Part shown: piece after piece, positions 27,701 through 39,267 of the stretch
Layout: each line of letters begins with the position of its first letter
Position numbering within the stretch: position 1 is the first letter of the stretch
Assembly: GCA_951406725.2 (NCBI GenBank)
Contig: OX597818.1
Location: 43,524,001 to 43,588,000 of the forward strand
DNA length: 64,000 nucleotides
Reading direction: 5' to 3'
Source of the DNA: Octopus vulgaris
Taxonomy: Eukaryota
The notes under the pieces: generated by a model
What the model was told of the DNA's origin: nothing
Databases searched by the model: none
Seen by the model: only the letters and a program-made list of their open reading frames with translations
Made by a program: the position numbers and the translations under genes

Positions 27701-30700
27701 GTGTAATTGATATCTTGTCTTTTTTATTTAAACTTTCAAAACCAATAAATGTTATAAGTATGGACGAATAATAATTTTGATTGCTTTTCTAAAAATATTC
27801 TTAAGTATTTATTTACTTGTTTTACACTTTTTCAGGTGTTTTTGTGATTGGTGCAACAAGTCGACCAGATCTCATTGATCCTGCCTTGCTTCGTCCAGGC
27901 CGTTTTGACAAATGCTTGTCCTGTGATATACCAAGCAAGGTTATTGACATTTTTCTCCTTTTTATATTTCTTAATCAATCACCATCATCCTCATTTTACA
28001 TCCACTTCCCAATCAGTTCATATATGGAGTAACTGTCCTCCTAGATGAGTCAGGAAACGTTTTCTTGATTTTATTCTCGCTCTTCCCTCTTGATTTGGAC
28101 TGAACACTACCTTGCAATCTGAAACACATTCTTTTGACCTTCTCATTGCTAAACAGTGGTGAACCTCTTACTTTTGGCCTCACCTCTTGCTATATTTACC
28201 TGACCTCTATCTGAAAGTGTTTCATGCTCCCAGCTTTTTTTTTTCTTCTCCCCAGAATTTCTTCGCTTGTTTCTTAGCTTTTATCTACCAATTCATCAGC
28301 ATGTCACCTTCCATTTAACTAGAACCCCATTCCATCCACATATCTGGTTCATGGCTTGCAGCAGATCCAACTTGTCTCCTTTGCTAAAAGTCTCTGAGTC
28401 CTTCTTTGCATGCTTGTCACTTAGTACTTCATTGAGCCAATGTATAACCAAGGCCTTTCAGTTTCCAAACCTTACTTTAGATTTTCTTGTGTCTATTAGT
28501 CTGGCTAGCTCTTATCCTAATGTCACTGATCAGTAATCTATGTTGAGTGGTACAATTTTCACCCAAGAAAGGATTTAATATTAAAAACCCTTTTCTTGAT
28601 GAGTAAAATGTCTAAAGGACTTGTGTGTTCACTTGATTGGTGGATACCTAGTCTATTCCCTGAAGTTATAAATAGTTAAGTCGTTTAAGTTACAGAAACC
28701 CAAGAACTTTAATCCCTCTTTATTCTTTGTACCATATTCACAGCTCCCTTATATGCTGAAGTAACCATCAGATTGTTGCCCAATATGTCCATTGAAATCA
28801 CAAGCCATGATAATGAGTTCACTGTCTTCTGCAATCAACAAGAGGACTTATAAAAATGTTTTTTTTTTGCACAACTCTATCTTGATTATAGTGCATTGTT
28901 ACTGTTACATTGGATGTGACTTAGCTTAATAATTTTGTTACATATTCTGGTTGCCCCAATAACTTTATCCATTTCTCCACCAACTATATGCCCATGTAAC
29001 CCACCTTTGCATTGTTGCCCATTCTGATAAATTTGTACCTGTGTTCCTTGCCCGACATATGTCTGGTTGAGACTCCTCTCCACCTTACCATTTATATGCA
29101 ACACACATTTACTTACCTCTGCTCAAGCTTCTCCAAAACTACCTTTTTGTTGTACCATCATTGATAGCAACAACCCTGAAGAAGTGTGTTTCACAGGAAA
29201 TAGAGAAATTCCCATTAGTGGTAATGGTGAGTTAGAGCAACCATTTGATGATGATGATCATAGGGTTGCCACACATGACCAGATGTTCATACCTGGATAT
29301 TCTATTTACCACATAAAAAACACCATCCGAGCGTGGCCGTCTGCCAGCCTCGTCTGGCACCTGTGTCGGTGGCACATAAAATCACCCACTACACTCTCGG
29401 AGTGGTTGGCGTTAGGAAGGGCATCCAGCTGTAGAAACACTGCCATATCTGACTGGCCTGGTGCAGCCTTCGGGCTTGCCAGACCCCAGTTGAACCGTCC
29501 AACCCATGCTAGCATGGAAAGCGGACGTTAAACGATGATGATGATGATGATATGCAACACTGGAATGGCCAGTGTCAATCCTGGATATGCAAATAAGATT
29601 TTTCAATGCATTGGGGAATTTCTAAAGAATATCATTAAGTATAATATAATTGCTAGAAATTGTGAGAAGTTCAAGATTTTACTAATAAATAATTAGTAAA
29701 TAATTGGCGTTAGGAAGGGCATCCAGCCGTAGAAACACTGCCAGATCTGACTGGGCCTGACGAAGCCTTCCAGCTTCACAGACCCCAGTTGAACCGTCCA
29801 ACCCATGCTAGCATGGAAAGCGGACGCTAAATGATGATGATGATAATAATCTTTCTATTATAGGCACACGGCCTGAAATTTTGTGGGAGGGGGCTAGTCA
29901 ATTATATTACCCCCAGTGCTCAATTGGTACTTATTTTATTGACCCCAAAAGGTGAAAGACAAAGTCGACCTTGGCAGAATTTGAATTCAGAATGTAAAAA
30001 CAAGAGAAATATCACTTAACATTTTGTCCAGCAAGCCAACAATTTGACAAAACACTCAACAACATTTTGCTTGTCTTTACATTTTGAGTACAAATTTCAC
30101 CAAGGTTGACTTCACCTTTCATCATTTCAAGTCAAGCACTGGAGTCAATGTAACTGATTTACTCCCTCACTCAAAATTTTAAGCCTTGTGCCAAAATATG
30201 ATACCAATAGTTAACGATAATCATCATCATCATTGTTCGACCGTGGTCGAGACAATGGAATTTACCATGCTACGCCAGACTTCACAGTCCATCATGGCAT
30301 TATGGAGGTCCTGTTGCTGGATGCCTGTATCCCTGGAGATTACATCAGGGTAGGAGAGTGTGCACCCTCTGGTATTGCGAGTAGATGGCTTCCAGAAGAG
30401 AAGAGTAGAAATTACTTCTTTTTCAGCTCTACAACAATGTCCAGCAAACTGGACTCTCTTACCTTTCACAAGAGATGACATAGGTGGTAGTTTCCCATAT
30501 ATTTGCATTTTGGTTGGATGGCACTTCCACGAGAGATTTTGAGCTCTCATAAGGAGGCGAGTGTAGGTTCCATCCAACCGCCTCTCAAGCTTCTTTGATA
30601 ACGTCCAGGTTTCTGAGCCATATAGTAGAATTGGTTCAACTGTGGCTTTGAAGATTTCAAGTTTGAAGTCTCTACTTCAATGGCATCAGCTTACTTTGAA

Positions 30701-33700
30701 TAGCTCTCAGCATTTTTTTTTTATATTGCTTTATGTTATTTGTTATAAATGCTGCAAATATTTTCTTTATTGTGTAACCATTTTATGTTTTGAAATTTAA
30801 TATTCTTACAAAATTTAGTAGTAAAAAAATAGCAGACATATAAACTTTTCTGGGGTTTCTTTAAATATTTAATGTATTTCTCTGTTATTTACTTCTTATT
30901 CAGGATGACCGCCTATCTATTTTGAAAGTGCTTACCTCAAAGATGCATTTAGCTCCAGATGTAAAATTGGATTTTTTTGCTGATATTTGCCAGCATTTCA
31001 CTGGAGCTGATCTAAAGGCATTGTTGTACAATGCACAACTTGTGGCTATTCATGAATCGATGGAAAAACCAAAGAATAAGCCACAGGATGATAACCAAAA
31101 AATGAATGAATTTTTTACCCGAGCACGCAGCTGGAGTGGTGACAAAAAGAATTTAGCCAAAATGAATCTCATTTACATTCCAAATCTGGAGACGGGGTGC
31201 ACTGAACCTTCCCCACAGCTTGAGGAGAAAGTAGAGAAAGAAGTAAGTACCATGTTAGAACACCTTCCTCTCTCTTTCATAGATGATTTAAGGCTATTTA
31301 ACTTGGTGCGGGTATGGCTGTGTGGTTAAGAAATTTATTTTGCAAGCACATGGTTTTGGGTTCAAGCACCATGAGTGGGCAAGTGTTTTCTACTTTGGCA
31401 CCAGGCCAACCAGTGCCTTGTGAGTGAATTTAGTAGACAATGTGTAAGCCCTTTGTGTGTGTGTGTGTGTGTGTTCATGTATGTGCATCCCTCATTGCTT
31501 GACAACCAGTGTTGGTTTGTTTACATCCCCATAACTTGGCGATTCGTCAAAAGAGGCAAATAGAATAAATACCAGACTTAAAAAATAAGTACTGGGTTCG
31601 ATTTGTTCAAACAAAAACCCTTCAAGGTGGTACCCCAACATGGCTACAGTCCAATGACTGTAGTAAATAAAGGAAAAATAATGAAAGAAGAGCACTTAAG
31701 GCAACGAATTCATACACAAGGGTCTCCATAATACTGAAGTTACATAACCATTGTATGTCTTTGTGTGCAGCTGCATCATCTTCTTCTCGCCCTTTTCAAG
31801 CCTAGCCAGGCTCGTGGGCCTGGTTTCCCAGTTTCTGTGACGTATGGGTTGCCCCCAGCTGGACGGGACGCCAGTCCATCGCAGCGTTACTCAAGAAACA
31901 AGAAGAAAGATTGTGAGAAAGTTGGGGTGAAAGAGTACAACAGGGGTCACCACCACCCTCTGCCAGAGCCTCGTGGAGCTTTAGGTGTTTTCGTTCAATA
32001 AACACACACAACGCCCGGTCTGGGAATTGAAACCACGATCCTCCGACCATGAGTCCGTTGCCCTAACCACTGGGCCATTGCACCTCCACGCAGCTGCATC
32101 ATAGGAAAATTAAATTAGGGACATCTGTAATGCTGAATGAAGGATATCAACACGTATCACAAAAATCTAGTTGTAAAGGTAACTTTTATGAATTGTTTGT
32201 CATTGCAATAATATCAATGACTAGCTTAAAAGCTGCACTCCATGCAGACTTTTAAGATAGCGGGGTGGGGGTGCTAATTGGGGCTTTGGCCCAAAACTGA
32301 AAAGAGCAGTAATAATAAATCACTAGCTAGTATCCTACCATCTCAGATTTATACCACAGAGTATCACATTTGGAGAATTTTGTATCAGTGACATTCGGAG
32401 ATCACTAAAACAGCAGGATGAACAACACTCTTGGTTGACAGACAGAATGTTGTGTTTATTATTGTAGGTAACAGAGGAAACTGTTACAAAGTTTTGGTAT
32501 TAAATTCAAAAAGCTTTGGTCAGTGTTCTGACACAGAATGTCATGATCATTTGTTTTATAGCTAAGGGAAGTAACTCTTGTAAACCGTTTGAAACCTCTC
32601 ACAATCACTTTACCTGCTAGACATAGCAGTCCAAATGCTCTTACATCAAATCCCAATGCTGGATGTTCAAGAACCAAATGAAGGCCTGATTTAATATCAG
32701 GATCACATTGATTCCAGTATAATATGTCTATGTAGAGCAAATGTAGACTGAGATACCAGGGTCCCAGACAGACAGAATTTCACTTTTATTTATATAGAAG
32801 AATATGTATTCCTCTGCTACAGTAAAAACTAGTTGTGGTGACAATGGGGCTACAGTATTTGTCGATATAGAATATGTGCATGACTGCAATAGTGTCGATA
32901 AAACATCGTGTATACATGGCTACATTATGAAGAATCTGAATATTTGTCAATATATAGGCATAGGAGTGGCTGTGTGGTAAGTAGCTTGCTTATGAACCAC
33001 ATGGTTCTGGATTCAGTCCCACTGCATGGCACCTTGGGCCGACCAAAGCCTTATGAGTGGATTTGGTAGACGAAAACTGAAAGAAGCTTGTCATATATAT
33101 GTGTGTGTGTTTGTGTGTCTGTGTTTGTCCCCCTAGCATTGCTTGACAACCGATGCTGGTGTGTTTATGTCCCCGTCACTTAGTGGTTCGGCAAAAGAGA
33201 CCGATAGAATAAGTACTGGGCTTACAAAGAATAAGTCCCGGGGTCGAGTTGCTCAATTAAAGGTGGTGCTCCAGCATGGCCACAGTCAAACGACTGAAAC
33301 AAGTAAAAGAGTAAAAGAGATATATATATGTGTGTATGTTTGTGTGTCTGTGGTTGTTCCCCCCAACATCACTTGACAACCGATGCTGGTGTGTTTACGT
33401 CCCCATAACTTAGCGGTTCGGCAAAAGAGACCAATAGAATAAGTACTAGGCTTACAAAGAATAAGTCCTGGGTTGACTTGCTTGACTAAAGGCGGTGCTC
33501 CAGCATGGCCACAGTCATATGACTGAAACAAGTAAAAGAGAGTTAGAGTAAAGAGTATAGAATGAAAGTGTGTGAGAGGGAAAGAATGGAATACCTGTCT
33601 GTTATGTGTACATGTTTGTGTGAGAGAGAGAAAGAATGGAACAGTTGTCATTTGTGCATGTGTGTGAGCATATACAATCCATATGTGTTTTGTACACAAA

Positions 33701-36700
33701 TAGTTTCTCTATTGTTGAATTTAAATGATATAAAATGCTCTGAAATTAAGTCTTATTTTCACCAGCATTGTACAATATTACCATTTTTTTTTATCTGTAA
33801 ACTGTATGTACGGGTTGTAAGATCGAATTCATTGCATGTACATTTGCTCTGGTTTTAGGTAGGACACTTAATTTTATGCAAACTCACTTAATCTATCAAT
33901 GAGTAATAAATTACAAAGTCTTTCTGGGGAAGTAAATAGTTGTAGACTAGCATCTTATCCAGAGGCAGATTTATCTCATATCAGCTTGAAACATTATAAT
34001 AACAAGTCAATAGTGGGTGCTGATACCATTTGTAGAAACATGAAAATATTTTTCCCTTTACTTAGTGTTACTATATGCTTTAATATTCTATCTTAGGTGA
34101 TTAGAAAGAAGAGAAGAGTAAAAAATAGACGAGAATCTATAATGCCGCCATCTGAAAAAGAAGAGACTATAATTGTTAAACATGAACACATTAATAAAGC
34201 ATATCAGAAGATGAAGCCATCTGTATCAACTAAGGAACGCTGCAAATATGAAACGATGTAAGTAATGAAAGCATTTTTCTTTTCCAAATCCTTAAAAGAT
34301 CTATTTTGTCATTAAAATAATATAACGATGTAATTCTGTATAAATATCTTTGTGAACAATTTCTGTTGTTAAAATAATGATTTATTTAAAGTTTAACAAA
34401 ATCTAATGAGAATAAATAGTTAGTTAGTTAGTTAATTTTTTTGGCTCAAAAAGCAAAAAGCAAGGCCATGTAAGGGGACATGGAGTTATGTACAGGGTGG
34501 TGTTCATGTAAAGAGTTCAGGCCACTTGTGGTCAAGGGAGACTTTGAACCGAGCGGTCATCGGCATCTTCACTATCTTGTCCGGCAGCTTATTCCACAGA
34601 ACCGCAACCTGGACGGAGAAAGCCCCTCTCCTTCGATTGAGATGAAATCGTCGCAGATAGAGCTTTTCAGAGTGACCCGAAAATAGTTAAATGTGGATTG
34701 TGAACTTGCAAGATAAACTTATTACAAGACAGTGTTAGCATCACTGGATATCCAAAATATTGGTTATTGTATATATATATCCCAGCTCACTCTTACAGAC
34801 TAAGTTATTACATTCAACACCTGCTTTGTGTTCACTTTCACTCTAAACACATACAATAAATCTGTTGAACTTTCTTTATCAAGCTGACTCTTTTCACTAG
34901 TACTTGCACATAGTAAATGTATACTTTTAAAATGGCAATATTCGTTTTTGTAAGACATTTGGCTGTTATTTCTAATGAATCAACTGACTATGTAAAGCTA
35001 CCCACCCCCGTTGGCTCACATGCCACCAAGTTACTAGAAGATTTATTTTTATTCTTCTATATTGTAAGTTTAAATCCCACTAGAGTTTATTTTTGCCTTT
35101 TATCCCATCAAGTCCGATCAAAGAATATACACAGCCAATACAATCAACTATTCTTCCTACCCTTGCAGAGGTTAGTAACATCATTATCATCGTTTAATGT
35201 CGGCTTTCCATGCTGGCATGAGTTGGACAATTTGACTGAGGACTAGCAAACCAGATGGCTGCACCAGGCTCCAATCTTGATCTGGCAGAGTTTCTACAGC
35301 TGGATGCCCTTCCTAATACCAATCACTCCGAGAGTGTAGTGGGTGCTTTTATGTGCCACCGGCACGAGGGCCAGTCAGGCAGTACTGTCAACGGCCATGC
35401 TCAAATGGTGTTTTTTATGTGCCACCTGCACAGGAGCCAGTCCAGTGACACTGGCAACAACCTCGCTCAAATGTTTTTTCACGTGCCAGTAAGGCAACGC
35501 TGGTAATGATCACACTTAAATGGTGCTTTTTACGTGCCACCGGCACAGAAACCAGTTAGCCACTCTGGCAACGATCACGCTCGGATGGTGCTCTTAGCGC
35601 TCCACTAGCATGGATGCCAGTCATCAAATTTGATTTCAATTTGTAACAAGAGAGCAATATTAAGAATACTTATATTAATCTGGTATTCAGTCTAACAATT
35701 ATAACTTTCTCCCATCTTTATATATTGAGCTTGTCCCTGCTAAACAAAATCAATTTATTCAGTGGAATTATTAGTAAATGCACAAACATTGAGACTGTGA
35801 TTCACCACAAACTGCACTAATGCTAAATTGTTGTGATGACTTAATGTAAGACGTTCAGCTACCAAAGAACATTTAGTTCATCATGTTGGTAAATAAGTAA
35901 TAGCATAAACTAAGAATGTATTATGAAGACTTTGAGTCAGTCAGTAGTGAGGTGGAATCAAGAATCTGAAATCTGCAACATGAGAAAAATTAGTTAAATA
36001 TGATCTATAGGGTCATCTCCATTCAATGCCTTCTATTCCATGCTTGCATGGAATAGATGGAATTTGCTAAGGCAGATTTTCTATGACTGGATGGCTTTCT
36101 GTTGCCAATCCTAACCTGTTTATAGCTAAGGTAATATTTCTTCATGTCCAGACATGTTTTTCACAGAAGACTGGAACCAAACAACATCACTTTTATGATA
36201 CCATCACATGATGTCAAGACAAGTGAACACACACACACATATACAAGCTTCTTCCAGTTTCCCTCTACCAAATCCACTCACGAGGATTTGGTTAACCTAG
36301 AGCTGTAGTAGAAGACATTTGCTTGGGGTGCTGTGCAATGAAACTGAACCTAAGACCGTATGATTAAGAAGCAACCTCACACAGCTATGCCTGTACCTAT
36401 AGGTGGCACACAGTGGGATTGAACCTGAGACCTTATGGTTAGAAAGCAAGCTTCTTCACCACATATCTATGCCTGTTCCTATTATGTATTAGAAATTTGA
36501 GAACAAAGGAGCTGAGGAAGTTATGTTAGGGTGGCATTGGTTGATGCACAAAAGCAAGATGACTCCATTGGAAGAGAGATAACTAGAGTAGGTAACAAAT
36601 TAATTTAGAGTTTTATATAAAGTCACCTCTAAAGAAAAGGTAAGCAAAATACAGCTTGAAAGTATTGTTAAACCATGGCTTTCAAAAGTTTAACGTCAGC

Positions 36701-37934
36701 TTTCCATGCTAGCATGGGTTGGACGATTTGACTGAGGACTGGCAAACCAGATGGCTGCACCAGGCTTCAATCTTGATCTGGCAGAGTTTCTACAGCTGGA
36801 TGCCCTTCCTAACGCCAACCACTCTGAGAGTGTAGAGGGTGCTTTTATGTGCCACCAGCACAAGGGCCAGTCAGGTAGTACTAGCAATAGCCATGCTCAA
36901 ATGGTGTTTTTTATGTTACACCTGCACAGGAGCCAGTCTAGTGGCACTGGCAATGACCTCGCTCAAATGTTTTTTGTTGAGTGAAAACATCTTAATTTTC
37001 ACTCGTCTTAAACCAAAAATTGAATCTCACAAAGATCAAAAAGGAATCATGATTTCTGGCAATTTGCTTTGGTTGCAAAGACACATCAAACTAAGTAGAG
37101 TTGTGGCAATATATATAAGCATGTCCTTTACAGTCATGTCCCACACACACTCACACAAAATCTGTCCCCTGTCAAATTTCCTCTGCAATCCATCTTCCCA
37201 CTACCCATGATTACAATCTGCTGCTGGCCCCTATATTCTCCATTACATGCCTGCCTGCACACTCTCCATGCATTCACATATCTACTACATCCCACCTCCC
37301 CAATTTCTCTTACCATCACTTGTTACAGTCACCTTCCCCATCTCCAAACATCTCCCTTCACACTGTCATGAAACACCCTCTATCCCCTCAATACCACTTC
37401 TGTTCCCCACACACTACACCTTGTGGGTAAGTCCCAATGCACTGCCTCCAACACCATCTGCTTCTCTCTCACTGTCTTTCTATCTTTCCTACTTTGGTAG
37501 CCAAGCATCTCCTCTATAGTAAGACACCTCTCTCTATCCCTCTATTATACTCAACTGGTACAAAGTCACTTCCCTTGGTACCAATCCTTCTCCTAACCAA
37601 GGGGGTCTTTGTCTTGCAAGTTAATTGATGACTGCTGGTTCTGGTGCCACATAATAAGCACCCATTACACTCTGTAAAGTGGTTGGCATTAGGGAGAGCA
37701 TCCAGCTGAAGAAACCATGCAGACGGTGGATCCTTGTGCAGCTCTCTGGCTTACAAGCCAGGAAAACAGATATTAAATAATGATGATATTGATTATTATT
37801 ATTTTGATTTAAATTTTTTCAGTTTTTTATCTCTTCATTTTTTCTTCTTTCTTTTTAGATATAACTCATTTTCAAAGAGAAGAGACTTCAATCCAATTGC
37901 CCCAACATTCAAACAAGAATATATGATGGCATAA
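2863..37934 (+). CDS. PEX1: Peroxisome biogenesis factor 1 (AAA+ ATPase), spliced, 5'-partial; join(2863-3003,4602-4685,10154-10268,11454-12259,13914-14064,14678-14903,15988-16211,16507-16665,17340-17494,18786-18963,20752-20960,23377-23511,24313-24377,24730-24789,26985-27067,27836-27939,30904-31242,34097-34257,37859-37934)
   Basis: 19 GT-AG exons with matching phases join to 3471 nt, one open frame ending in TAA. PEX1 N-domain motifs ([27 protein letters not shown]); D1 [15 protein letters not shown]; D2 [14 protein letters not shown]; [18 protein letters not shown]; [21 protein letters not shown]; [19 protein letters not shown]; [15 protein letters not shown]. Confidence 0.95.
3118..3467 (+). 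mobile_element. tRNA-derived SINE, family A; second copy about 21799-22131, related decayed copies about 10620-10900 and 60400-60615 (-)
   Basis: A box tggctcagtgg, B box-like gctcgaatcc; TSD acaattttaaa at 3107-3117 and 3468-3478. Confidence 0.85.
4602..4685 (+). CDS. PEX1: PEX1 exon ([28 protein letters not shown])
   Basis: acag/gtaag boundaries; conserved PLSxxDWEIL motif. Confidence 0.92.
6730..7400 (-). mobile_element. Highly decayed 3' fragment of an RTE-like LINE
   Basis: [10 protein letters not shown] terminus plus (GAT)n tail; resembles 1-620. Confidence 0.6.
7985..8386 (-). mobile_element. tRNA-derived SINE, family C (internal CA/TA microsatellite); other copies about 20192-20613, 36230-36480, 39880-40190 (-); 31310-31670, 32957-33542, 41665-41830, 52932-53488, 61477-61620 (+)
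   Basis: head ggcgcaggagtggctgtgtggtaag...ggttcagtccc; tail ccagcatggccacagtcaaatgactgaaacaagtaaaagag. Confidence 0.9.
10154..10268 (+). CDS. PEX1: PEX1 exon ([38 protein letters not shown])
   Basis: tag/gtaagt boundaries, phase 0 to 1; PEX1-N motif. Confidence 0.92.
11454..12259 (+). CDS. PEX1: PEX1 large exon (N1-N2 linker and N2 domain)
   Basis: polypyrimidine tract + tag acceptor, gtaagt donor, 806 nt open; contains most of ORF 11549-12304. Confidence 0.9.
13211..13532 (+). mobile_element. tRNA-derived SINE, family B
   Basis: A box tggcccagtgg, B box tttcgattc; TSD ggaaaacaagg at 13200-13210 and 13533-13543. Confidence 0.87.
13914..14064 (+). CDS. PEX1: PEX1 exon ([11 protein letters not shown]...IKKKT)
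   Basis: tag/gttagt, phase 0 to 1, bridges flanking exons in frame. Confidence 0.8.
14144..14361. mobile_element. Mariner-type MITE
   Basis: TIRs agggggtgctgaaaagttcctgg / ccaggaacttttcagcaaccccct; TA at right end. Confidence 0.8.
14678..14903 (+). CDS. PEX1: PEX1 exon (DYWVEAIL...KLSEIK)
   Basis: ttttcag/gttagt, phase 1 to 2. Confidence 0.85.
15305..15524. mobile_element. piggyBac-type MITE; decayed inverted copy about 19108-19325
   Basis: TTAA|CCCTTTA...TAAAGGG|TTAA termini. Confidence 0.82.
15988..16211 (+). CDS. PEX1: PEX1 exon, D1 Walker A ([16 protein letters not shown])
   Basis: tttcag/gtatgt, phase 2 to 1; P-loop. Confidence 0.93.
16507..16665 (+). CDS. PEX1: PEX1 exon, D1 Walker B ([13 protein letters not shown])
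   Basis: tag/gtatat, phase 1 to 1. Confidence 0.92.
17340..17494 (+). CDS. PEX1: PEX1 exon ([24 protein letters not shown])
   Basis: ttacag/gtgaaa, phase 1 to 0. Confidence 0.9.
17797..18153 (-). mobile_element. tRNA-derived SINE, family D, with duplicated 3' part; other copies about 8570-8750, 30060-30200, 38381-38595, 41040-41255, 63800-63960 (+); 29850-30050, 48185-48320, 52425-52640 (-)
   Basis: head ggcggcgagctggcagaaac..ttagc; body gagttcaaattccgccgaggtcgactttgcctttcatcc. Confidence 0.85.
18786..18963 (+). CDS. PEX1: PEX1 exon, D1 lid (REEILES...[18 protein letters not shown])
   Basis: tttctag/gtaagt, phase 0 to 1. Confidence 0.92.
18976..19085. repeat. Perfect 55-bp tandem duplication
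   Basis: taatgagatactcat...gtagtttatatt occurs twice (18976, 19031). Confidence 0.95.
20752..20960 (+). CDS. PEX1: PEX1 exon, D1-D2 linker ([11 protein letters not shown]...WSDVGGL...WPSK)
   Basis: tttcag/gtgagc, phase 1 to 0. Confidence 0.92.
21690..21795. repeat. (TA)n microsatellite; others at 4846-4899 (GT), 18237-18292, 42753-42869, 56118-56147
   Basis: direct inspection. Confidence 0.9.
22490..23307. repeat. CpG-rich degenerate minisatellite (ACACGTTCGCGCATGCGC-like units), interrupted at about 22678-22790 by a MITE fragment
   Basis: roughly 15-17 GCGCATGCGC palindromes by eye; near-continuous purine-pyrimidine alternation. Confidence 0.9.
23377..23511 (+). CDS. PEX1: PEX1 exon, D2 Walker A ([13 protein letters not shown])
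   Basis: tttcag/gtgagt, phase 0 to 0. Confidence 0.95.
24313..24377 (+). CDS. PEX1: PEX1 exon, D2 pore loop ([22 protein letters not shown])
   Basis: ttag/gttagt, phase 0 to 2. Confidence 0.95.
24730..24789 (+). CDS. PEX1: PEX1 exon, D2 Walker B ([17 protein letters not shown])
   Basis: ttccag/gtaaat, phase 2 to 2. Confidence 0.95.
25040..25392 (-). mobile_element. Decayed 5' end of an RTE-clade LINE
   Basis: minus strand cctcgtcatggagggagggtttgtgcggttcaatgactttgagagcaatgcc...taggaccacccatggc resembles recalled RTE/Expander 5' termini. Confidence 0.5.
26985..27067 (+). CDS. PEX1: PEX1 exon ([27 protein letters not shown])
   Basis: gtag/gtgtgt, phase 2 to 1. Confidence 0.95.
27836..27939 (+). 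CDS. PEX1: PEX1 exon, D2 second region of homology ([20 protein letters not shown])
   Basis: ttttcag/gttatt, phase 1 to 0. Confidence 0.95.
30221..30675 (-). mobile_element. 5'-truncated RTE-like LINE 3' end (second family)
   Basis: [40 protein letters not shown]; (GAT)n tail. Confidence 0.85.
30904..31242 (+). CDS. PEX1: PEX1 exon, D2 lid ([15 protein letters not shown])
   Basis: ttcag/gtaagt, phase 0 to 0. Confidence 0.93.
31780..32089 (-). mobile_element. tRNA-derived SINE, family B
   Basis: matches 13211-13532; TSD gcagctgcatcat at 31767-31779 and 32090-32102. Confidence 0.9.
34097..34257 (+). CDS. PEX1: PEX1 exon (...[16 protein letters not shown])
   Basis: cttag/gtaagt, phase 0 to 2; AAA C-terminal PSVS motif. 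Confidence 0.88.
34420..34680 (-). mobile_element. CR1-type LINE 3' fragment
   Basis: [31 protein letters not shown]...FKVSLD..W; (CTAA)n tail; aaatagtta direct repeat at flanks. Confidence 0.8.
37859..37934 (+). CDS. PEX1: PEX1 terminal coding exon ([24 protein letters not shown])
   Basis: long polypyrimidine tract + ag, phase 2 entry, TAA stop. Confidence 0.85.
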
Positions 37935-38122
37935 ACTATAAGGAAAAAAGGAAAAAAAAAATTCATTGGATTTTATTAAGAAAATTTCATTATTAATTTT
38001 TTATTTATTTATTAAAATATTCTATGAAAGAACACACCATAGTGTTCTTTATGTTGTTAACTTTTCCAATCCAAATTCATTCTGAAAGAAATTCTAATTG
38101 GTTCTCAACATCAAAATGAACT

Positions 38123-38238
38123 AATAAAGAAAAACTGAAATGAATTTGGGAAAATAATCTTTGTATTCATTACATCTGTATAAAAATGAAGCTTATGTAA
38201 ATGTTGTAATTTGAACTGTTAGTAAAATGAAAAATAAA
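38123..38238 (+). terminator. Candidate PEX1 polyadenylation signals (AATAAA at 38123 and 38233)
   Basis: AATAAA hexamers 190-300 nt after the stop; AT-rich background lowers specificity. Confidence 0.4.
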
Positions 38239-39027
38239 TGCTGACTCAGTTTTGCTCTTAATTCTTCTTTCAACCAAATAACAACTAAGAACTTTTATGA
38301 AGAAACTACCAGGTTGATACGAAAATAATGACTGTTTTTAATCTGCTCAGTATAAATTTTATTAATTAAAATAATGATTGAGGTGACAAGTTGGCAAAAT
38401 CATTAGCACACCAGACAAAATGCTTAGTGGTGTTTTGTCTGTCTTTATGTTCTGAGTTCAAATGTCACTAAGGTTGACTTTGCCTTTCATCCTATCAGGA
38501 TTAATAAAATAAGTACCAGTTAAGCACAAGAGTTGATGTAATTGACTAATCCTCTCCCACAAAATTTTAGGCTTCGTGCCTATGATAGAAAGGTATTAAT
38601 TTAAATAATAACTAGTAAATTCTAGGCATTTTTCCAAACAAGAAACAAGTCAAACTAATCCAGTTGTGTTAAATTGTGGAGTTTTGAAACTGGTGGAATT
38701 CTTTGAGGGTATTTTAAGTTGCTTACTTGATTTTTGTTGGCCTTGTTTTACAGGAAATTATTGAGTTTCTAGATAAAACGTTATTCACATATGCTGTGTA
38801 AAGTAGAATTTCATAATCTATTTCATTTGAGAGACACAATAGAGAATTGGTCATTTTCAACTGACCAATGCTGAACATACACATTGCAGTTTTCATTACA
38901 TTTTATCAATTTCATGGCAATACCTCTCTGCTGGGGAAGTGGCTGTTGCAAGTTTTTATCTCTTAAATATATGGTCAGTAATCCAGATCCTTCACTTAAA
39001 TCATGATTAGATTCTTACAATAACTTG

Positions 39028-39267
39028 ATTCTGTTGTGCCTGGGGAGAGTCATTTTCTTTTTGTGCCTTATTATGTAACACACTCACTGGTAAAATTTCC
39101 ACTTTTTAAAACTTTTTTTCTTATTTTTATTGTCCTTATTTTTATCGGTGAGGGTGTTACATAATAATGCACAAAAAGAAAATGACTCTCCCCAGACACA
39201 ACAGAATATGCTTCAACACACGAACTCATATAAAGAATCTTGCAAACCAAATCCAAAAACGATATAA
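39028..39267. mobile_element. Fold-back insertion with TSD, Penelope-like architecture
   Basis: inverted arms about 39028-39094 / 39141-39207; flanking direct repeat aataacttgatt; same family fragment at about 46330-46380. Confidence 0.7.

Noticed and set aside
32468-32503. Possible extra PEX1 exon after tgtag
   Set aside because: Stop after 11 codons in phase 0; flanking exons already join in frame
32323-32801. Possible second small Helitron (CTAG end, TC..TATATAAATAAAA start on the minus strand)
   Set aside because: No clear 3' hairpin and the A|T target is not satisfied; too weak to call
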